Source: Nanobdellota archaeon
GTDB taxonomy: Archaea > Nanobdellota > Nanobdellia > Pacearchaeales > GW2011-AR1
Direction: 5' to 3'
Assembly (NCBI GenBank): GCA_038045265.1
Contig: JBBSYL010000036.1
Location: 1 to 57,328 of the forward strand
Length of the DNA stretch: 57,328 nucleotides
Part shown: positions 53,053-57,328 of the stretch, piece by piece
Layout: every line of letters begins with the position of its first letter
How positions within the stretch are numbered: the first letter of the stretch is position 1
Position numbers and translations under genes: made by a program
Notes under the pieces: generated by a model
What the model was told of the DNA's origin: nothing
Databases searched by the model: none
Seen by the model: only the letters and a program-made list of their open reading frames with translations

Positions 53053-54570
53053 ATGTCCTTATTACAATATAGAAAAGTAACATTAACTACGCCCTCTAGA
53101 AGAGAAGAAGGAAGGTTTAGATTGACTTCAATGTATAATTTTAGCGGATGTGAGGGAGCAGTTTATCCAGGAATTCTTAATATTAACGGAGAAAAGAAAA
53201 GAATTCAAGTAAAAAGATTTTATAGAGAAAGTTTTGACGACAGAGGAGAACAATTTTCACAAAATCCTGAAGAAAAAGTAAAAGAAAGTTATGAAGCATT
53301 AAGACAAATGCAAAAATTAGGCTTTAAAGTGCTACCTTTCTTTGGTAAATTGAGAGCTCATGGACTAGGAACTGTTTTAGCAATGTATGACTTAACAGAA
53401 GGTAATACTTTAGAAGTATATGACGGAAAGAGCATTGCTAGAAATAAAGAACAGCAAGTAGTAATAAATGGAAAAACTAAAATGAAAAACGCGAGAAATG
53501 CAATAACTGGACTATCAAATTACCAAGAAATACAAATAGGACTTGAAAAACAGAGATTACTTCAAACCATGCATATGATATCACATGGGTTCTGCGGAGC
53601 GGGAGAGGGAACTCAATGTATATTTACAAGAAATCCAACAACAAACCAAGGAGATTTTTTCATAGTGGATGTTGGACAATATGAAAGAAGAGAAACAAAA
53701 TACTCTAAAGCACTGGACTTAGAAAGAAGATTAATTATACCAGAAGAAGAAATAATTCAAACATTAGACAAAATGCTATTTAGGGCAGGGCATAAAGTTA
53801 AAGCGGGCAAACTATATTCTGAATTTTCAGAAAGATTTTCAAAAAAAAGAGAATTTTTAAATTTGTTATATCAGGCAATGATTGGTCTATCAATGTATGA
53901 ACATCTTGGAGGGTGGATTGGAAAAGATGAATTCGCTAAAGAACTATTTCCAAGAAATAAATTTTCAAATGATTTACTAAAAATAAAATTTTCATTTTTA
54001 CAGTCTAGAATGAGAATATCAGAATTAATCGGAGAAGGAATTTACGATTTTTCTAAAGAAAATGTTTCAAGATTCTTATCTCCACAAACACCTAAAGATA
54101 CAATGCTTGGAATAGAATTTTCTCAATTAGCACATCTGGACAACCAATTAAGACTAATCACACAATCCAAAAAAGCCCTCGATAATAATACAGCAATCCC
54201 AGAAAAAAAGCCAAAAATTTTACATGCACCTAATGGAATTCCAAGAACTGTTCTATTTGAAAATCCTAATGAACCTATCAGAGAAAGAATGGAGATAACT
54301 ATTAGAGATAAGCCCATTGGAAGAGATGATGCTGAGATGGATGTTGAAGTAGATTGGCAAACAGCATATAATCATAGAATAAGCGCAGGAACAGATTATA
54401 TGACTATTTCAAAAGAATCAATAAGAAGAGCTAGAATAAATGGAATACCTATTCCTAATTTTGATCCAGAAAAAGTTGAAGTAACCACTTCTGCTGGCTC
54501 AATATGGTATTTCTATGAAGAACAATGTCTAGCTAGACTAATAAATCCTGCAATATTAAAAGAAGATTAA
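53053..54570 (+). CDS. hypothetical 505-aa protein, N-terminal region possibly protein-kinase-like
   Basis: GCEGAVYPG...RIQVKRFY resembles a Gly-loop plus VxK Lys, and FFIVDVGQYE resembles a DFG-like segment. This is weak. Confidence 0.45.
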   Translation: MSLLQYRKVTLTTPSRREEGRFRLTSMYNFSGCEGAVYPGILNINGEKKRIQVKRFYRESFDDRGEQFSQNPEEKVKESYEALRQMQKLGFKVLPFFGKLRAHGLGTVLAMYDLTEGNTLEVYDGKSIARNKEQQVVINGKTKMKNARNAITGLSNYQEIQIGLEKQRLLQTMHMISHGFCGAGEGTQCIFTRNPTTNQGDFFIVDVGQYERRETKYSKALDLERRLIIPEEEIIQTLDKMLFRAGHKVKAGKLYSEFSERFSKKREFLNLLYQAMIGLSMYEHLGGWIGKDEFAKELFPRNKFSNDLLKIKFSFLQSRMRISELIGEGIYDFSKENVSRFLSPQTPKDTMLGIEFSQLAHLDNQLRLITQSKKALDNNTAIPEKKPKILHAPNGIPRTVLFENPNEPIRERMEITIRDKPIGRDDAEMDVEVDWQTAYNHRISAGTDYMTISKESIRRARINGIPIPNFDPEKVEVTTSAGSIWYFYEEQCLARLINPAILKED

Positions 54571-54650
54571 TTTCTGGAAACAAGCCAAACGATAAACCAA
54601 AACCTTTATATATAACATGATATATAATAAAATATAACATTGAGTATAAT

Positions 54651-54863
54651 ATGGAAGAAAATATAATCTTAGCAAAACCAAGAAAAATAGGGGGTTCATT
54701 AGTTATCACCATACCTTCAAATATTGTAAAATCAGAACAAATTGATGAAACTCAATTTTTGGAAGTAAAAGTCAGAAAAAAAAGAGTAGATGGATTTGGA
54801 ATTCTAAAGGGAATTGGCTCATTTACCAGAGAGGACAGAGCAAAGGGGCAACTTGAAAAATGA
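54651..54863 (+). CDS. vapB: AbrB/SpoVT-type antitoxin (VapB-like)
   Basis: KPRKIGGSLVITIPSNIVKSEQI is an AbrB swapped-hairpin motif. Its stop overlaps the vapC start (ATGA). Confidence 0.7.
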   Translation: MEENIILAKPRKIGGSLVITIPSNIVKSEQIDETQFLEVKVRKKRVDGFGILKGIGSFTREDRAKGQLEK

Positions 54864-55240
54864 AATTAATAATTGATGCGCACTCTTGGATAGAATATTT
54901 CAAAGGCAGTAATGCGGGAGAAAAACTTAATCAAATGCTGGGAGGAGATAATGAAATTTTAGTATTACCTATAACAATATCTGAAGTTGTAGCAAAAGTA
55001 AAGAAAATCAATGGAAATGTCGAAAGTGCTTATTCTTCAATTATAAAAAATTCAAAGATCTTTGAACCAACACCAAAAATAGCCAAAGAAGCAGGATTAT
55101 TATATGTTGAAGCAAGAGAAAAAAACGAAAGCTTTGGTATTGTTGATGCCCTATTAATTGCCTCTGCAAAATTAACCGGAGCAAAATTAATTTCGGGAGA
55201 TAATCATTTCAAACCTTTCAAAGAAGCAATTATTATTTAG
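54860..55240 (+). CDS. vapC: PIN-domain toxin VapC
   Basis: MKLIIDAHSWIEY.. (first acidic residue), ..GIVDALLIASAKLTGAKLISGDNHF (conserved D...D). Confidence 0.8.
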   Translation: MKLIIDAHSWIEYFKGSNAGEKLNQMLGGDNEILVLPITISEVVAKVKKINGNVESAYSSIIKNSKIFEPTPKIAKEAGLLYVEAREKNESFGIVDALLIASAKLTGAKLISGDNHFKPFKEAIII

Positions 55241-55388
55241 CTATTTCTTTGTTATATTTTCCATTAAATCCCTCAGAATTAAATTCAAGCTCATCTAACC
55301 TCTTATTAACTTTCTCCATCTCCTTCTCACTAGGACATTTTCCCAAAATATAATTATAATGTTTGATAAAATCTTTTTTAATGTCCAT
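55233..55388 (-). CDS. possible small ORF (51 aa), below the ORF-track cutoff
   Basis: ATG at 55388, TAA at 55233-55235. The translation is MDIKKDFIKHYNYILGKCPSEKEMEKVNKRLDELEFNSEGFNGKYNKEIAK. There is no supporting motif. Confidence 0.2.
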   Translation of the reverse strand: MDIKKDFIKHYNYILGKCPSEKEMEKVNKRLDELEFNSEGFNGKYNKEIAK

Positions 55389-55462
55389 TTTTACTTAATC
55401 TCCCTATCATATCCTTTTGCACGTTTACCATTCTTCACAGAAACCCTCAATCTTTATTAAAC

Positions 55463-56050
55463 TTACTTAGCAATCTTTACAAGCACACTTAAAATTTTAC
55501 TCACAAAATCTCTATCTGCTTTATTTCCAATTTTTACTATTTCTATTCTTCCAGTATGTGTATCAAATTCTATTAAAGCGAGATGCTCATTCCCCTCAAT
55601 CTCAACATCTATATCTCTAGGATTCTGCCACATCCTGGCCTGATCCATTCTTATCTTATAATCTTTAGGATTTTCAGCCATCAAACTTCCAGACCGAGCA
55701 ATCATTCTCTTTCTGGCTTCTTTTTCGTCACTGCATATGCAATGAACAACAATTGCTCCAATTCCAAGATGAGAAGCAAGATCATAAAAGCACTGTCTAA
55801 AATCAGAGGATCTCAAATTCCCATCAACAATAGTTCCAACTCCTTTTTTCCTATTTTCTTCAGCCATCTCTATTGTCTTATGTAACAAAAATGGTGTGTC
55901 TTTCCTGGAAAAATTCTTTATCTTAAGTCTCTCTCTCAGAACACCTGCTCCAAGATGTTCATAATTACCAAGCTCTTCCTCAACTTTCTTTGCAGTATGT
56001 GTTTTTCCAGAACCAGAAAGCCCGCAGACAATAACAATATCACCCCTCAT
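55463..56050 (-). CDS. P-loop kinase-like ATPase (AAA_33/zeta-like)
   Basis: Walker A CGLSGSGKTHTAKK at the N-terminus, in a ~195-aa small-kinase architecture. Confidence 0.55.
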   Translation of the reverse strand: MRGDIVIVCGLSGSGKTHTAKKVEEELGNYEHLGAGVLRERLKIKNFSRKDTPFLLHKTIEMAEENRKKGVGTIVDGNLRSSDFRQCFYDLASHLGIGAIVVHCICSDEKEARKRMIARSGSLMAENPKDYKIRMDQARMWQNPRDIDVEIEGNEHLALIEFDTHTGRIEIVKIGNKADRDFVSKILSVLVKIAK

Positions 56051-56162
56051 AAAAATAACCCTACTATCTTGATTAAAAACATTATTGTTCTGCGAACATT
56101 ATTATCTAAACCCTTATGTTCTCATCACAAATCTTTATTAACCTTCCTTGAATCTTGTTTTT

Positions 56163-57263
56163 ATGGAGATAAGTGAAAATAAAAAGAAGGAGCTTGAAGA
56201 TCTTCTTGAACTGCTTGGAAGTGTGCGCGGAAGACACACAGAATTAGTGACTGTCATGATTCCTGCAGGATTCAATAAAGATTCTGTAGTTAGACAACTG
56301 GAAGCAGAAGCAGGCACAGCAGAGAATATAAAGTCAAAAGCCACAAGATCGGCAGTTACAACTGCACTAGATAGAATAGTAAGAGAACTAAAAAACAGAA
56401 AATCCACTCCAGCAAACGGTCTTGCTTTATTTTGTGGAAATATTTCTGAAAAAGAAGGTGTTCAAGATATACAATTATGGGCTTATGAGCCCCCAAAGCC
56501 ATTAAATGTCAGATTATATAGATGCGATCAAACCTTTGTAATTGAACCATTGCAGGAAATGCTTAATGTCACCGAAGTCTATGGATTGTTGGTCATGGAT
56601 AGAAGAGAAGCAACTATAGGAATTTTAGAAGGTAAAAAAATAAGTGTTATAAGAAAATTATCTTCTAATGTTCCTGGAAAAATTCGTGCAGGCGGGCAGT
56701 CAAGTGCCAGATTTGAAAGAATTACTGAAGGTTTAGCAAAAGAATTCTTTAAAAAAACAGCAGAAGCAATGAAAGAGGTTTTCTTTGATATGCCCAAGCT
56801 TAAAGGCATCCTTGTAGGTGGCCCCATTCCCACAAAAGAAGAATTTCTTGAACTAGGAGAACTAGTAACCAAATTAAAAGAAAAAGTTATTGCAGTCAAG
56901 GACATAGGTTATACAGATGAACACGGTCTCGAATTACTAGTAAACGCATCAGAAGAAGACATTGAAAATCAAGAGAAAATAAAAGAACAAAAGCTAATAA
57001 CAAAATTCTTTGAAACTCTCGGAAAGAAACCGCATCTCGCAGTCTATGGAGAAGAACGAGTCAGATTAGCACTAGAAAGAGGCGCAATAGATGTCCTATT
57101 GCTCTCAAAAAGCCTTTCAAAAGAAATAATAAGTGAATTCGAACAAAAAGCACAATCTATAGGAGCATCAATGCACATAATCACTGCAGAAAATGCAGAT
57201 GGAAAACAATTTGAAAATCTAACGAAGGGCTTCGGAGCTACGTTAAGGTTTGCTTTGGAATAA
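56163..57263 (+). CDS. prf1: peptide chain release factor aRF1
   Basis: NIKS motif (AENIKSKATRS) and GGQ motif (RAGGQSSARFERI). The ATG at 56163 sits 30 nt after the TATA-like atctttattaacc. Confidence 0.9.
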   Translation: MEISENKKKELEDLLELLGSVRGRHTELVTVMIPAGFNKDSVVRQLEAEAGTAENIKSKATRSAVTTALDRIVRELKNRKSTPANGLALFCGNISEKEGVQDIQLWAYEPPKPLNVRLYRCDQTFVIEPLQEMLNVTEVYGLLVMDRREATIGILEGKKISVIRKLSSNVPGKIRAGGQSSARFERITEGLAKEFFKKTAEAMKEVFFDMPKLKGILVGGPIPTKEEFLELGELVTKLKEKVIAVKDIGYTDEHGLELLVNASEEDIENQEKIKEQKLITKFFETLGKKPHLAVYGEERVRLALERGAIDVLLLSKSLSKEIISEFEQKAQSIGASMHIITAENADGKQFENLTKGFGATLRFALE

Positions 57264-57328
57264 ATTTATCTCACGATACTGTCAAATTAAAGTGATATGT
57301 TTTCTCTGACAAATCTAATCAAGTTTAA

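Overview
AT-rich archaeal chromosomal segment. The informational genes are clearly archaeal: RFC small and large subunits, family-B DNA polymerase, FEN1, type IA topoisomerase, CDC48, aRF1, L15e, L41e, NAC, Sec61-beta, a TFS-like factor, and intron-containing tRNAs. Compact genes and gene content suggest a DPANN-like lineage, which is inference only. Most of the window is housekeeping. Scattered through it are accessory modules: HicA/HicB, VapBC, Fic, nucleotidyltransferase-fold proteins, an intein-bearing HerA-like ATPase, and secreted or membrane proteins. The stand-out is a ~7.0-kb integrated element (27589-34614) inserted at the 3' end of tRNA-Lys(CUU) and bounded by a perfect 17-bp direct repeat. 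It encodes a tyrosine integrase, an AAA ATPase and a complete diversity-generating retroelement (DGR) on the minus strand. The DGR has an 84-bp template repeat (TR, 30798-30881) directly upstream of a DGR-type reverse transcriptase (29721-30768). It also has two tandem paralogous target genes, each carrying an 84-bp variable repeat (VR1 32150-32233, VR2 31269-31352). The VRs differ from the TR at 9 and 15 positions, and all 24 differences fall on TR adenines. Both VRs carry a GC-rich IMH-like 3' end and a downstream GC hairpin that the TR lacks. The RT reading frame is broken by a G12 homopolymer (sense strand) embedded in a perfect 8-9 bp inverted repeat, and removing one G restores a 348-aa RT. 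No Avd-like gene is visible. All calls come from reading the sequence and ORF translations; no database search was run.
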